DNA from: a virus
Strand: one strand, 5' to 3'
IMG/VR virus record: IMGVR_UViG_3300046318_000529
Coordinates: 4,190-68,189 of that record
Length of the DNA: 64,000 nucleotides
Positions 47,993 through 58,145 of this stretch are shown here, piece after piece; positions within the stretch are counted from its first letter, which is position 1, and every line of letters begins with the position of its first letter. Both the position numbers and the translations under genes were made by a program. The notes beneath the pieces were generated by a model that saw only the letters and a program-made list of their open reading frames with translations, was not told the origin of the DNA and searched no databases.

Positions 47993-48401
47993 CGCTCTTA
48001 AACTGGGGGTGATTTTAGTTTTCCTTTCTGCATTAAGTCTCAGTTATTTTGTGTATCAGAAGAACCAACAACTCAAGGAAGAGTTAGTTGTTGAAAAATT
48101 AAAAGTTTCAGAGTATGCTAGTCAAATCGCTGTTCTTGCTCAGGCTAGGGCAGATGACCAAGCACTAATACTCGCGTATAGCGCTAAGATTAATAAAGTT
48201 GAGAAAAGGTATAAAGATGGTATCACTTTCCTTGAGAAGCAGAAGCAAAAGAAGAAGGTTCTACTTAGCAAGCCTGATATGGTTACTAATCGTATTAACG
48301 CTGCTTCTAAGCGCCTGTTCCTCGAATTCTCCTGCATTTCCGGAGAAGCAACATCCTGTAATGATACATCCGCCACTGCCAATGCCAATAACACCGATTG
48401 A
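47970..48401 (+). CDS. i-spanin (Rz-like)
   Basis: N-terminal TM then coiled coil, with C-terminal Cys residues. Confidence 0.75.
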   Translation: MIPINPISALKLGVILVFLSALSLSYFVYQKNQQLKEELVVEKLKVSEYASQIAVLAQARADDQALILAYSAKINKVEKRYKDGITFLEKQKQKKKVLLSKPDMVTNRINAASKRLFLEFSCISGEATSCNDTSATANANNTD

Positions 48402-48576
48402 ACCTAACTTCAAGATAATTAAAACTTCTGCACCTGACGCTGTAGTAGCCCTAGATTGGGAAGAGTACCTTGAGTTGGCTAAGTTTATGGCAGATGTTAA
48501 GCGTTATATGGAAGAGACTAAAATCCTTGTCTGTAATTATCGTAAAAGTTTAAATGAAACCTACTGTAAAAAGTAG
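48199..48576 (+). CDS. o-spanin lipoprotein (Rz1-like), overlapping Rz
   Basis: Lipobox LLSAC, Pro-rich segment; exact start uncertain. Confidence 0.75.
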   Translation: MRKGIKMVSLSLRSRSKRRRFYLASLIWLLIVLTLLLSACSSNSPAFPEKQHPVMIHPPLPMPITPIEPNFKIIKTSAPDAVVALDWEEYLELAKFMADVKRYMEETKILVCNYRKSLNETYCKK

Positions 48577-48584
48577 TTTATTCG

Positions 48585-48617
48585 ACGCCCTTGCCTATAT
48601 GGTAAGGGCGTTTTTTG
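48585..48617 (+). terminator. terminator at convergence of late and replication arms
   Basis: ACGCCCTTGCC-TATAT-GGTAAGGGCGT-TTTTT. Confidence 0.8.
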
Positions 48618-48623
48618 TTGGCT

Positions 48624-48944
48624 CTACCACCTAATTAAGTTCTTACGATCTTTAGTACCTTTGTGTAGGATCTTATCTATCATAGCCAAAGCACCTATAG
48701 TGTTAGCATCTAAGAATAACCTCCTAGACCTCACCTTATGATAACCTTTCCTTTCCTTCCTACTTTCCATACGAGATACAGCTATCTCAGACCTATGGAA
48801 AGTTAAATGTTCAAATGTTACATCACCTAAGTTAAAAGACAGGTACTTTGATGTGTACCTATAGTTTTTTCTTTGCTGCCTTTCAATTTCTATAACATCT
48901 GAGTAACTACTAGTGTAGTTAAACTTACGCATCAAAACCTCCAC
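48624..48944 (-). CDS. hypothetical basic protein
   Basis: ORF coupled to upstream gene; GGAGG RBS suggests a start about 4 codons in. Confidence 0.55.
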   Translation of the reverse strand: MEVLMRKFNYTSSYSDVIEIERQQRKNYRYTSKYLSFNLGDVTFEHLTFHRSEIAVSRMESRKERKGYHKVRSRRLFLDANTIGALAMIDKILHKGTKDRKNLIRW

Positions 48945-50254
48945 TTACCATTAATAAAGTTGATTAACGTAGCACCATAAGGGTAGATCAAACAGCTTGA
49001 GTGTATCCAAGAGGACAGTCCACCGACATTATATCCCATATCAAGTAGGCTATTTGTCCCTACAACAATCGAACCATCCATCACTTGAGGTGTATGCGAA
49101 TGTCCCGTCACTGTAGGTACACCAGCTGTACAGAATGATTTGAGTGATCCTTTAGCCCCATTAGCCCCTTTATGACCGTGCATGGCCAACTCGTAACCGC
49201 CTATAATTAAACTATCTTTGTCATTCAAAAAATCTACATCATTAAGGAATGATTGTTTTTCTTCAACAAATAACGCTAGAGGGGAAGCCAACCCTCCACA
49301 ATCCAACCTATCAAAATTAAGTTTGTGCCATATCTTAAGGTTAATACCTGTAGGTATAGGGCCTTCTAGCCACTTGGTTATGTGGTCATTATGGTTGGAG
49401 GATACCACAAAAGTTTTTGCTGGCATAGAATCTAGAAAACTCACAACCTTATTCAACTCATTTTCGACATTGTGCTTATTTGTTGTTTCTTTAAAATAAG
49501 AAGATGCACTTCCTTTATCATGGTGGCTAGCACTTTCAAAATCTAAAAGGTCATGAACTATTATGTCCTTAGGCTTAGTGACTGAGTAAAGACTTTTATC
49601 ACCAAGGAAAGTAGATTTATATACATCCAAGTCATTGTTAGGCACATGAACATCTCCTAACACTAAGGCTAGGCAATTACTCATACTGACACCTCTATGG
49701 GTGTATTTCTTATCTAAATCATAGAAGTAGCCGCCTACAGGGTGTATTGTCAACTGCCTGTGATGGAAAGTTCCCACTCCATCAGTCTCTAAGTAAATAG
49801 CTGACAAGGTATGTTTGGTCTCAGCGATATAGCCTGCCCTGTTTTTCCTATAATTAGGCTTAGTGATAGCACCAGGACAGATAAGCATCTTAGGTAGCCT
49901 GTTTTGCTTAACAGGGACAACCTTAACTCTTAGCTTAGTCCCAGGCACTATACAGCTCCTGTCTTTAGTTATGTTCTCAATACCTGCCACAGGATCGGCA
50001 TTTTGGTAATTGATAGGCATAGAGGTAACGACATCGAGATTGTTACAGATGCTGAAGTCTTGTGTAACTTCGTTATCTTGTAGGTACTCACTGAGGAAAG
50101 GGTGCCACTCTGCCTCTTTATCTTTACCCATGAAAGGAAGTACAATAAGTTCTGCACCATTAAGCTCGCAGAATACTTCTAAGCTTTTAAGGCCCTTCTT
50201 GAGGATTGCAGTTTTGTTCTGAGCCGAGGTTATAACCATCTTTTTAATTGTCAA
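48932..50254 (-). CDS. T5 A1-like metallophosphoesterase/nuclease
   Basis: ITSAQN, GDVH, HDLLD, SNH, HGHKGANGAKGS, GHSHTP, SSW.HS. Confidence 0.72.
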   Translation of the reverse strand: MTIKKMVITSAQNKTAILKKGLKSLEVFCELNGAELIVLPFMGKDKEAEWHPFLSEYLQDNEVTQDFSICNNLDVVTSMPINYQNADPVAGIENITKDRSCIVPGTKLRVKVVPVKQNRLPKMLICPGAITKPNYRKNRAGYIAETKHTLSAIYLETDGVGTFHHRQLTIHPVGGYFYDLDKKYTHRGVSMSNCLALVLGDVHVPNNDLDVYKSTFLGDKSLYSVTKPKDIIVHDLLDFESASHHDKGSASSYFKETTNKHNVENELNKVVSFLDSMPAKTFVVSSNHNDHITKWLEGPIPTGINLKIWHKLNFDRLDCGGLASPLALFVEEKQSFLNDVDFLNDKDSLIIGGYELAMHGHKGANGAKGSLKSFCTAGVPTVTGHSHTPQVMDGSIVVGTNSLLDMGYNVGGLSSWIHSSCLIYPYGATLINFINGKWRF

Positions 50255-50267
50255 AGTATTCTCCTAG

Positions 50268-50843
50268 TTAACAGGCTTTAAAAAATGGGTCAAATAATCC
50301 GGCGAAGTGTGCTCCTGTATAGTAGGTTGCCACAGCGTCCCCTATATGCTCACAATTTGCTTGCGGCTCACCTGTCTGCTTACTTATCTTCCAACCATTT
50401 GCATCAGGAGATAGGTCGTAAGCACGATTAATAATAAACCTCTTGTCTGCTTCCTTCGATCCAGCGAACGTCTTCTTTATTACAGGCACCCTTAACCCTG
50501 TGAACTTGATGTGTTTGAACTCAGCCTCCAAGGCCGCCATCATCATGACTGTGAAGGCGTAGCTTATCAGGGCAGATGCCGATTTACTACCGATAGGGTA
50601 CTCAAAGAAGACATTTTGAGGCTGGTAATCGTCAATAACCTCTTTGAGGCCTTTATACATCTGCATCGCATCGAGAGTATGGCTCTCAACCTTGTATTTA
50701 CAAGTAATAGCTTTTGTCCTGACAGTACCTACGGTGTGTATTTTATGGTGTTTTCCATCGTAAATACCAACACAGTACCCTATGTTCCTCATCGCTGGGT
50801 CCACGCCCATTGATTTTACCTTGATCATTTTGGGACACTCCAC
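50268..50843 (-). CDS. RuvC-like Holliday junction resolvase
   Basis: MGVDPAMRNIG, FEYP.G, ADK, EHIGDAVA. Confidence 0.8.
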   Translation of the reverse strand: MECPKMIKVKSMGVDPAMRNIGYCVGIYDGKHHKIHTVGTVRTKAITCKYKVESHTLDAMQMYKGLKEVIDDYQPQNVFFEYPIGSKSASALISYAFTVMMMAALEAEFKHIKFTGLRVPVIKKTFAGSKEADKRFIINRAYDLSPDANGWKISKQTGEPQANCEHIGDAVATYYTGAHFAGLFDPFFKAC

Positions 50844-51895
50844 GTTTGTATGTTAGCTATTTTATCAAAAGGTTTTCTCAGCATCCATAACAAAGTCATA
50901 ACCTCTCTTAGATACTCATCGATTGAGACCTTCACCCTCTTCGCCCCTTTCTTCAAAACTCTCTTTGTCTTTATCTCATTCGGGTCTACCAGTTCAGTCC
51001 AAGGGTGATAGATAACTTCATTACCTAACGCCTTTACATACTCATGCCTGACAGTCTTGTACAGCTGTTCTTCAGTTTCGTCCCCTAAAAGGGCTGTATA
51101 TGCTTTTTTCTCGCTCATAATTCCAGGGATAGCGTCTACATCATCCCCAACTAGCGCTTGAAAATATAACCCTTTAAGGCCGTTAAAACGCACCTTATCT
51201 TTACCGTTACCACGCTCTTCTATATACAGTTCGCCTAATTCAGTTATGAACTCAGCTTCATTGTTATGACTGCCGAAATTATAAAACCAACCAGGACATT
51301 GCTTAAGGTCTTTATCTCTTGACATCAGAATAGTATTACAGTTCATTTTAAGGTCTGTTAGGTCATCAGAGATGTTTTTAGCCCTTTCGTATTCTTCAAA
51401 ATGATCCATTACCAACTGATCGTCTGTTTCCCAATTATCAATAATAATTGCTTTATGCTCCTTCACCAAATGGTCCCTTATCAGTCCTAAATAGACAGGC
51501 TTTTCACTTCTTCCTGCCTTATACTTATTTATGCTAGCCACTTGATCGCGAAAGTTGTTTTTACCTTGTAGGTATAGCCTTACTTCCTTAGGGTTAAATG
51601 ACCTGTATAAAGACTTAAGCTGTGACTCTAAGCTGTAAATGGCTTGTGATTCACTTTCAAGTTTTGTGCCTTTCACTGTTACTAGGCCATCAGGTAGAAT
51701 ACCTTTGTGGTATTTTGTTTTCAAGTCTGCCATACAATTGAAAGTCTCTACAACATCATCCCCATCTTTCACCTCATAATAGCTCTTCTGGCAAGCAAAA
51801 GCACTACTGTAGACCAGGCCGTCAGCATCTATTAGGAGTGTCTTGTCGCCTTTGAATTGGTCGAAGGTTATCTTAGAATTGTTCAAAATAATCAT
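50825..51895 (-). CDS. 5'-3' exonuclease (T7 gp6 / RNase H-like)
   Basis: LIDAD, NFR...YKAGR..KP, ETDD, DKDL, GDDVDAIPG. Confidence 0.9.
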   Translation of the reverse strand: MIILNNSKITFDQFKGDKTLLIDADGLVYSSAFACQKSYYEVKDGDDVVETFNCMADLKTKYHKGILPDGLVTVKGTKLESESQAIYSLESQLKSLYRSFNPKEVRLYLQGKNNFRDQVASINKYKAGRSEKPVYLGLIRDHLVKEHKAIIIDNWETDDQLVMDHFEEYERAKNISDDLTDLKMNCNTILMSRDKDLKQCPGWFYNFGSHNNEAEFITELGELYIEERGNGKDKVRFNGLKGLYFQALVGDDVDAIPGIMSEKKAYTALLGDETEEQLYKTVRHEYVKALGNEVIYHPWTELVDPNEIKTKRVLKKGAKRVKVSIDEYLREVMTLLWMLRKPFDKIANIQTWSVPK

Positions 51896-51924
51896 AATGA
51901 AAAGGGGCGTTAGCCCCTATACTC

Positions 51925-52653
51925 CTAATACATGTCTGATTCGTCACACTCTTCATCAGCTTCAACGACTGGGGCTGGCTTTGCCTTTTTAGCAGGAGCA
52001 ACATCTTTCTTAGCTGGGGCACCTTTAGGTTTATTGTCCCTTTCTTCTTTATCTTTAGCGAACTGTTCTTCTAGCGCAGTCAATCTCTCAGCTAACTCAT
52101 CCTCACAACAAATCTTATCAGCATTATGTGACTCTAATATTTTAATGATAATGTGTCTAGGAAGGTATTTAACACACTCCATGTCTTGTTCTTTATCCCA
52201 AGCATCAAAAATGAAAACAGGGTTGTGAATCTCATCCATTTTACTCACATCTTTAGCTCTGATTTTAGATGTGCCTTTGATCACATTGTAATCATTTTCG
52301 TTTATATCAAGGATAAGCGCTACAGGGCGTCCGATTAAAGCAGAGCCATCTAGGCTTTTACCCACAACAACAGCTTCTTGGTTGATATCTAGAGCATATT
52401 TAACCAGTGTAGCTTTCTCATGTGCACTTGCTGTTAGGTTTTTGCTGAGTCTTCTCGGGTTACCACTAGCATCCTTCTCTTCTGGGATCTCAAAATCTAA
52501 ACATACAGTGTTAATCCATTTCAGGGGGTTACCTTGGCTATCTTTGTCATAAGAAGGTTGTTCACCTAAGTTTACCATACTAAGACAGTATGATGAATAG
52601 GTACCTGCTTCTATAGCTGGTAATTTTGGCTTTGCTGAATTTGTTATCTTCAT
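51925..52653 (-). CDS. putative ssDNA-binding/annealing protein
   Basis: GTY...NLG.Q family motif; acidic C-terminal tail; between polymerase and exonuclease. Confidence 0.55.
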   Translation of the reverse strand: MKITNSAKPKLPAIEAGTYSSYCLSMVNLGEQPSYDKDSQGNPLKWINTVCLDFEIPEEKDASGNPRRLSKNLTASAHEKATLVKYALDINQEAVVVGKSLDGSALIGRPVALILDINENDYNVIKGTSKIRAKDVSKMDEIHNPVFIFDAWDKEQDMECVKYLPRHIIIKILESHNADKICCEDELAERLTALEEQFAKDKEERDNKPKGAPAKKDVAPAKKAKPAPVVEADEECDESDMY

Positions 52654-52740
52654 TGTGTTTTCCTATTGTGTTACTATATTTTGCAGGTTTCACCTACGGT
52701 TACCTAGTCTTAACGACTAAATTCTTTTAACTCCTTGATT

Positions 52741-54951
52741 TTAATGGGTATTTAACCACGAAAGGCCTTCTTTCGCTACACCGTCCAGAGGGCACTTGAG
52801 TTTGTAATATTCTCCAGCCTCTACAATAGACTCTACAAGCGCCTCTTTTGCAAACTCCCTGTGTTTAGGGTCAGTTATTATCTGTTGCTCGTCATGCATG
52901 AAAGTTACTAAATTGTAAGGCACCCTGGCCTTCTTAAACATCTCTTTAGCTATAATGATGCTTCTTTTGTATACAATAGCTCCTGTGCTTTGTATCTTAA
53001 GGTTCAGTGCAGCATGAGGTGCTCTGCATGTCAGCTTCCTGCCATCTATACCTACTAGATATTTATTAGCTTTGGCGAAATCTTTTAGTTTGGTAACAAG
53101 CTCACCCAGCTCTGGAATACCATTCAAGTAGTTAGATGTGATATTAGCGCCTATAACTGTATTCTGTGCTACTAAGAAGTTGACAGGTGATTCACCCCTC
53201 TTCTCCATGTAAGGCAGGATAAACGTACCATCACCTACTTTCTTCCATCCATACGATAATATCTCACTTAGTCCTACAGAGTCTCTACCATTATCAGCCA
53301 TTGATCCTAATTTATCTTTACCACCACCATACAGAAAAGCATATGTTACACCTTTGCTTGCACCTCTAGACCCTATCCATTTAACATTCACACCCCAGAA
53401 CCTGGAATGGATATCACCTGATATTACTTCAGCTGTAAACTCAGGGTCATCTAAGAAATGGGCTAATAACCTCAATTCTATCCCGCTTGCATCACAACCT
53501 ATTAGGGCTGGTTTGCAAGTCTCAACAGTGATTACTTTCTTCTGTCCCTTACTATCTAATACATAGTTGCCATCTTTGTCTCTCAGTTCTGTTTTAAATG
53601 ACCACATAGGATACTCTGGACTGTTACCAGATGTAAACATCTTTCTAAAATGTGGGCCATAAAGTGTATCAACAGAAGGCAGGTTCACAATACCCCTATG
53701 CGTACCTCTTCCTGTAACAGCCCCTACAGTGTTGTTATAAGGCGTAATACGGCCATCTTCTCTGATAAGGTTAAGTAGGCCTTTACCTTCTTTCTTGCCT
53801 TTCAAAACATTCCTTCTGTGCATCAGTTGTGACCTAAGGGATATCTTCCCTAGTACAGGTGTCTTCTTTGCCACCCTTTCTAAGCTCTGCTCACAAATCT
53901 GAGGAGACCCCTTGTCAGTGAACTGTAATGGCTCCCACCCCTGTGTCAGGAGGTAGGTTTTCAGTTGACTGTATGAGTTTATGTCCACTTTCTCAAAAGT
54001 AACCTTTGTGAACGGCCCAGACACATTAACAAAATCATCACCAAACCATTTCTTAACAGTCTCTGAATGTGCACTGTTACCTTTACACCACTTCATTGTA
54101 GGTTTTGGCAGTTTCTCGTGCCTTTTAGAGTACACTGACTTGAAGCGGGATACCCACTCCTCTACGCCAGACTTCATTACATCCCTTAAAACAAATTCAT
54201 TATAGGTACCCTGCTCCATTAACTCTGTATGCCAAACTACAAGGTAAGGTAATAGTCTATTTAACTCTTCGTCTATCTTCTCTACCTCACCGTTTATTTT
54301 GTTATAAACCTTCTCCATCCAAACTCTATCAACAGGGAACCCTCTGACCTCTGAGTCAAACATGATAGATGAGATCTCATGCTCCATAACCAGAGCTGCA
54401 TTCCACTTCACACCTTTACCAGCTTCATGTCTGTTATCTTTTTCTTTGCTTAAGTGTTCATAAAGTTTCCTAGTAACAACAACATCTTGGATGTTATATC
54501 TCAGCATCTCTAAAGAGAATTGGGAGAAATCGTGGAAGTCCCCTTTAGGCATCTGTAACCTCTCCCCCCAAGCCCTTAGCGAGTGGCCGCCTAGTCTGTC
54601 TGGTGAAAATATAGAGCTTAATATGAAAGTATCTGTGCATTTTTCCCACGACAGGCCAGTACCTAGTAGTTTATTTACTAAAGGGATGTCAAATTTAACT
54701 ATATTGTGCCCAATAATCCTCTTAGCTTCATTAAGTAGTTTTGGAAGAGATGACATTGGGTAGATGTACACACTAGAGCTTTTACACCATTGAACTACCC
54801 TCTTCTTTACTTCACCTGTAATATCTGAGATGTGATTATCGTGTATAAAGATGTGCCAAGCCAGCCCATCTAGGTCAAAACATGATGCACACCATATTTT
54901 TTTAGCTGTATCATATAGACCATCAGATTCTAGATCAAATATCAGTTTCAT
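52741..54951 (-). CDS. DNA polymerase family A (T7-like)
   Basis: FDLESDG, GHNIVKFD, YNIQDV exonuclease; TGR, CDASGIELR, RGASKGVTYAFLYG, MHDE. Confidence 0.96.
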   Translation of the reverse strand: MKLIFDLESDGLYDTAKKIWCASCFDLDGLAWHIFIHDNHISDITGEVKKRVVQWCKSSSVYIYPMSSLPKLLNEAKRIIGHNIVKFDIPLVNKLLGTGLSWEKCTDTFILSSIFSPDRLGGHSLRAWGERLQMPKGDFHDFSQFSLEMLRYNIQDVVVTRKLYEHLSKEKDNRHEAGKGVKWNAALVMEHEISSIMFDSEVRGFPVDRVWMEKVYNKINGEVEKIDEELNRLLPYLVVWHTELMEQGTYNEFVLRDVMKSGVEEWVSRFKSVYSKRHEKLPKPTMKWCKGNSAHSETVKKWFGDDFVNVSGPFTKVTFEKVDINSYSQLKTYLLTQGWEPLQFTDKGSPQICEQSLERVAKKTPVLGKISLRSQLMHRRNVLKGKKEGKGLLNLIREDGRITPYNNTVGAVTGRGTHRGIVNLPSVDTLYGPHFRKMFTSGNSPEYPMWSFKTELRDKDGNYVLDSKGQKKVITVETCKPALIGCDASGIELRLLAHFLDDPEFTAEVISGDIHSRFWGVNVKWIGSRGASKGVTYAFLYGGGKDKLGSMADNGRDSVGLSEILSYGWKKVGDGTFILPYMEKRGESPVNFLVAQNTVIGANITSNYLNGIPELGELVTKLKDFAKANKYLVGIDGRKLTCRAPHAALNLKIQSTGAIVYKRSIIIAKEMFKKARVPYNLVTFMHDEQQIITDPKHREFAKEALVESIVEAGEYYKLKCPLDGVAKEGLSWLNTH

Positions 54952-56705
54952 TTATTGGCCCCTCCTTTAAATATAACACCACCCAGTTCCTGTTTCTCTA
55001 ACATCCACCCAGTTTCTGGTGTATACACAAAATCACAAACTTTCCCTGTCTCCCCCCAAACCCTATTTTTCCGTATGTGACACTCTATTACATTAGAGCC
55101 TTCCGCTACATTCCTAGATAAAGTGATAATATTGAAGGCCAGTTGCTCTATTGAGGATGAGCCTTTTGTGGATTCAGCTAATATCTCGCCACCTTTTGAG
55201 GCTACAGAGGAACCATTACCCCTTTTTATGTGGCTTACAATAAAGATATGGCAACCTGTTTTTACTGCAAAAGTGGCTAATTGTGTCATTACTTGCCCAA
55301 TAACTTTATGGTCTCCGCCTTTATCTTGGTTATTGTTCCCATCAATAAGCATTGATAGATGGTCTAGGATAATAAATTTACAATCCTTAGCATATACTAG
55401 GTAGTGTATTTTCTCAATTAAATCCTCTATAGACATAGAGCCAAACTGGTCAACATAAACCTCCATAGAAGTGACTTCTTTAAGGCCTTCTAGCCACTCC
55501 TCCTCTGTTAAAATAGAGGGATCTTCCGATAGGTTTTTTACTGCTTTTTCATAGTACAAAGCAACCCCTTGTTGTTTTGTGAATTGGACTGTTTGCTCTA
55601 GACAGAGGTATGCTACCCTTCTCTTTAGTTCTGTGGCTATGAAAAAACCTAGTGTCCTGGTAAATGTACTTTTCCCACAACTTGTACCAGCTGTGATTAC
55701 TGTCAACTCCCCTTCCCTTAGTCCTCCCAACTTTTCTGATAACTTTTGAAAAGGGATTGTAAGGCCTCTCTTTCTAGGGGTCATTATCTCCTCTAAAGTG
55801 GTGTCCCTCCCGTCTACTACCCAACTAGGGACAAAAGGTTTAGCCTTGTAGTAGGCATTTATAAAGTCTTGGTAACCTTGTTGGCCGCCCATAAGTGCAT
55901 CATTAGCGTCTTTATAGTCTGAAGGTAGCTTCATTATCTTCAACTTATCTGTGAAACCAAGCACTTCTACAGCATCTTTTACTGCCTTCTGTCCAGGCTC
56001 GTCATTATCAAAACACACCAACACTTCGTCAAAACTGGAAAGGAATTCCAGATTATCCGCAAATACCCTTTTAACTGATCCTGCACCATCGGGGATAGAC
56101 ACTACATTGGCTTTGAAGTTACGGTATTTAGGATCTCCGGTCAACCTATGCTTCGCCATCATAGAGAATGCGGCAATTGCATCGAACTCTCCCTCTGTCA
56201 CTATTATTTTCTTAGCATTAGGGTCACATACCTCTTGGCCAAAAAAACCTAAACCTTTAGTATCTCCTACAGACTTCATAAACTGCTTAGGGATGCCCAC
56301 TACCTTATAAACCTTTCCACCTTTATATGGGAAATAAACTACATTAACTTCCCCCGACACTTCTGACACAGTTGTCTTCACGCCATAATAAGCTAATGCC
56401 TTCTGCTTAAGCCCACGATGCTTTATTTCAAGCGTAGGAAGCTCAGCCACATCTAAGGCTGATAAGGGCTTAGCATAGCTATTCTTATCGATTTTAGGTG
56501 CTTCCTGGTCATTTGAAAAATGGCCCACAGAATGAGGCACATCATCACTATCCAGCAACGAGATGTCATTTTTAGTGTAAAATTTACTACATCTATCGCA
56601 ATACCCTGTTAAGGTTTCAAAAATCATAAGATGGTTATCTGTTTTGTCTCTACCTTTAGCTTTACAGCCAGGGCAAGCGATACTCCTAATAATCTTATTA
56701 GCCAT
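54948..56705 (-). CDS. primase-helicase (T7 gp4-like)
   Basis: CPGC...CDRC zinc finger, TEGEFDA, FDNDEPG TOPRIM, AGTSCGKST, ILDHLS, KGSSSIEQ. Confidence 0.94.
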   Translation of the reverse strand: MANKIIRSIACPGCKAKGRDKTDNHLMIFETLTGYCDRCSKFYTKNDISLLDSDDVPHSVGHFSNDQEAPKIDKNSYAKPLSALDVAELPTLEIKHRGLKQKALAYYGVKTTVSEVSGEVNVVYFPYKGGKVYKVVGIPKQFMKSVGDTKGLGFFGQEVCDPNAKKIIVTEGEFDAIAAFSMMAKHRLTGDPKYRNFKANVVSIPDGAGSVKRVFADNLEFLSSFDEVLVCFDNDEPGQKAVKDAVEVLGFTDKLKIMKLPSDYKDANDALMGGQQGYQDFINAYYKAKPFVPSWVVDGRDTTLEEIMTPRKRGLTIPFQKLSEKLGGLREGELTVITAGTSCGKSTFTRTLGFFIATELKRRVAYLCLEQTVQFTKQQGVALYYEKAVKNLSEDPSILTEEEWLEGLKEVTSMEVYVDQFGSMSIEDLIEKIHYLVYAKDCKFIILDHLSMLIDGNNNQDKGGDHKVIGQVMTQLATFAVKTGCHIFIVSHIKRGNGSSVASKGGEILAESTKGSSSIEQLAFNIITLSRNVAEGSNVIECHIRKNRVWGETGKVCDFVYTPETGWMLEKQELGGVIFKGGANK

Positions 56706-56716
56706 AAATAACCTGT

Positions 56717-56899
56717 TTACTTCTTGATGTTCTCACTAATATCTTTGACGACTACAGCATAGTAGAAGCCGTTAACTGACATCCTCTGGGCGATCTGCTG
56801 TGCTGTGTATATATCTTTCACCCAACCTATCTCTTCTTCTGTCTCATAATCAACTATAGCGTAAACTTTCATACCTTCCTCACAAATACATAACGACAT
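56717..56899 (-). CDS. hypothetical protein
   Basis: Small ORF in the - strand operon; real start probably MKVYAIVD. Confidence 0.5.
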   Translation of the reverse strand: MSLCICEEGMKVYAIVDYETEEEIGWVKDIYTAQQIAQRMSVNGFYYAVVVKDISENIKK

Positions 56900-57009
56900 A
56901 CCTATTAGTGAATGCGTTCATCTCCTCACAAGCTGCCCTAGCTTCATCGTGGTCTGTATAATCACCCACTATTTCCCAACCCTCTTGGGTATCAACTACC
57001 ACCCATCTA

Positions 57010-57249
57010 TTATTCACAATTTTCTTCCTCTTCATCTGTTCCAATTCCATATAGGCTTAGAAAATCTTCAGAGGCATATACATCATCAAAAACCCAAGCG
57101 TTTTCCTTGTCAAGCATAAAACTTTTTAGGGCCTCTCTGTCCTCTGACATAAACATATTGGTAGGTGTCCTCTTAATAGCCTTTTTCAACCTTTTCAAAT
57201 ACTTATGCGCAGTATCTCTGTGGTTTGTAAGCAGTTTGCTGTTGTTCAT
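57010..57249 (-). CDS. hypothetical protein
   Basis: Coupled ORF. Confidence 0.55.
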   Translation of the reverse strand: MNNSKLLTNHRDTAHKYLKRLKKAIKRTPTNMFMSEDREALKSFMLDKENAWVFDDVYASEDFLSLYGIGTDEEEENCE

Positions 57250-57593
57250 ACTATTCTCTCATTTGTTTTTTCTTTCATGTCACTTTGTTGGTCAACTACA
57301 CTGGCCTTAGGTTCAGGTGGAAAAATCCCTCGACTTATCTTATGTGGAACATGTTTAGGCATAGGCTCATCTAGGCCGGGGATATAGTCTATTACACGTG
57401 CAACCTTTCTGTTAACCCTGCTACAAGCTAGGCATGTTCCTCCGCTAACACTTCTCGGTGAAAGGTGTCCTCTTCCACAAGGAATGCCAGTATAATAGTT
57501 AGTCAGTCCTTGTTCTTTGGCCCGTGCCCTCGCCATAGTCACAACTCTTTCAGTCTTCAGGAGCCTATTATTCCTCAAAATCATAATCATCAT
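57246..57593 (-). CDS. protein with zinc-finger motif found at the N-terminus of HNH endonucleases
   Basis: RARAKEQG...YYTGIPCGRGH..PR..SGGTCLAC; no HNH core. Confidence 0.55.
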   Translation of the reverse strand: MMIMILRNNRLLKTERVVTMARARAKEQGLTNYYTGIPCGRGHLSPRSVSGGTCLACSRVNRKVARVIDYIPGLDEPMPKHVPHKISRGIFPPEPKASVVDQQSDMKEKTNERIV

Positions 57594-58083
57594 CCTCCTC
57601 TACCAACAAATCTCCACCTTCTGTTACCAGCTTGCAGAACATTATGATTTGTTTTAACACTTCGCAGAATGTATCATACTCTCTCACACTCTCATCGTCA
57701 ACAATAATTACTTCTTTGTTGAATGCAAATGTAGTCAACATAGCTTTCATAATAATTTCAGCATCAAGAATACCCACTTCAACTGGGATGTTGCTGACAG
57801 GGAATGAAGGGTATTTCGGATAGAGAGATACAACAACTTGTGCATCCTCATGTGCTTGTTTCTTTTCTAGAACATGAAGCAAGATCAACCCTGCAATACC
57901 TGCTATACTCCTGGCGTAAGGTGACAGGTAGACAAGCTCTTCCCACCCTTTAGCGTCAGTGGGGGTGGCTTGGAACCACATACAGACAGTGTAAGCGTAG
58001 TTGAGAAGGCGTTCTTTAGTCTCATCTTTGTCTAGGCCCTTGAAACGTGCGTGTGGGTCAACAACCTCGGTTTCTTTTGTCAT
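57568..58083 (-). CDS. hypothetical protein
   Basis: 171-aa ORF with AGGA RBS. Confidence 0.65.
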   Translation of the reverse strand: MTKETEVVDPHARFKGLDKDETKERLLNYAYTVCMWFQATPTDAKGWEELVYLSPYARSIAGIAGLILLHVLEKKQAHEDAQVVVSLYPKYPSFPVSNIPVEVGILDAEIIMKAMLTTFAFNKEVIIVDDESVREYDTFCEVLKQIIMFCKLVTEGGDLLVEEDDDYDFEE

Positions 58084-58145
58084 TACACTTCCTATAAACT
58101 TTTGATAAGTGTCCTTATTAGGTTTATTTTATTATAGAGCATACA

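Noticed and set aside
839-57823. Numerous short ORFs antisense to long genes in the ORF track
   Set aside because: Shadow ORFs opposite well-supported genes, with no RBS or motifs.
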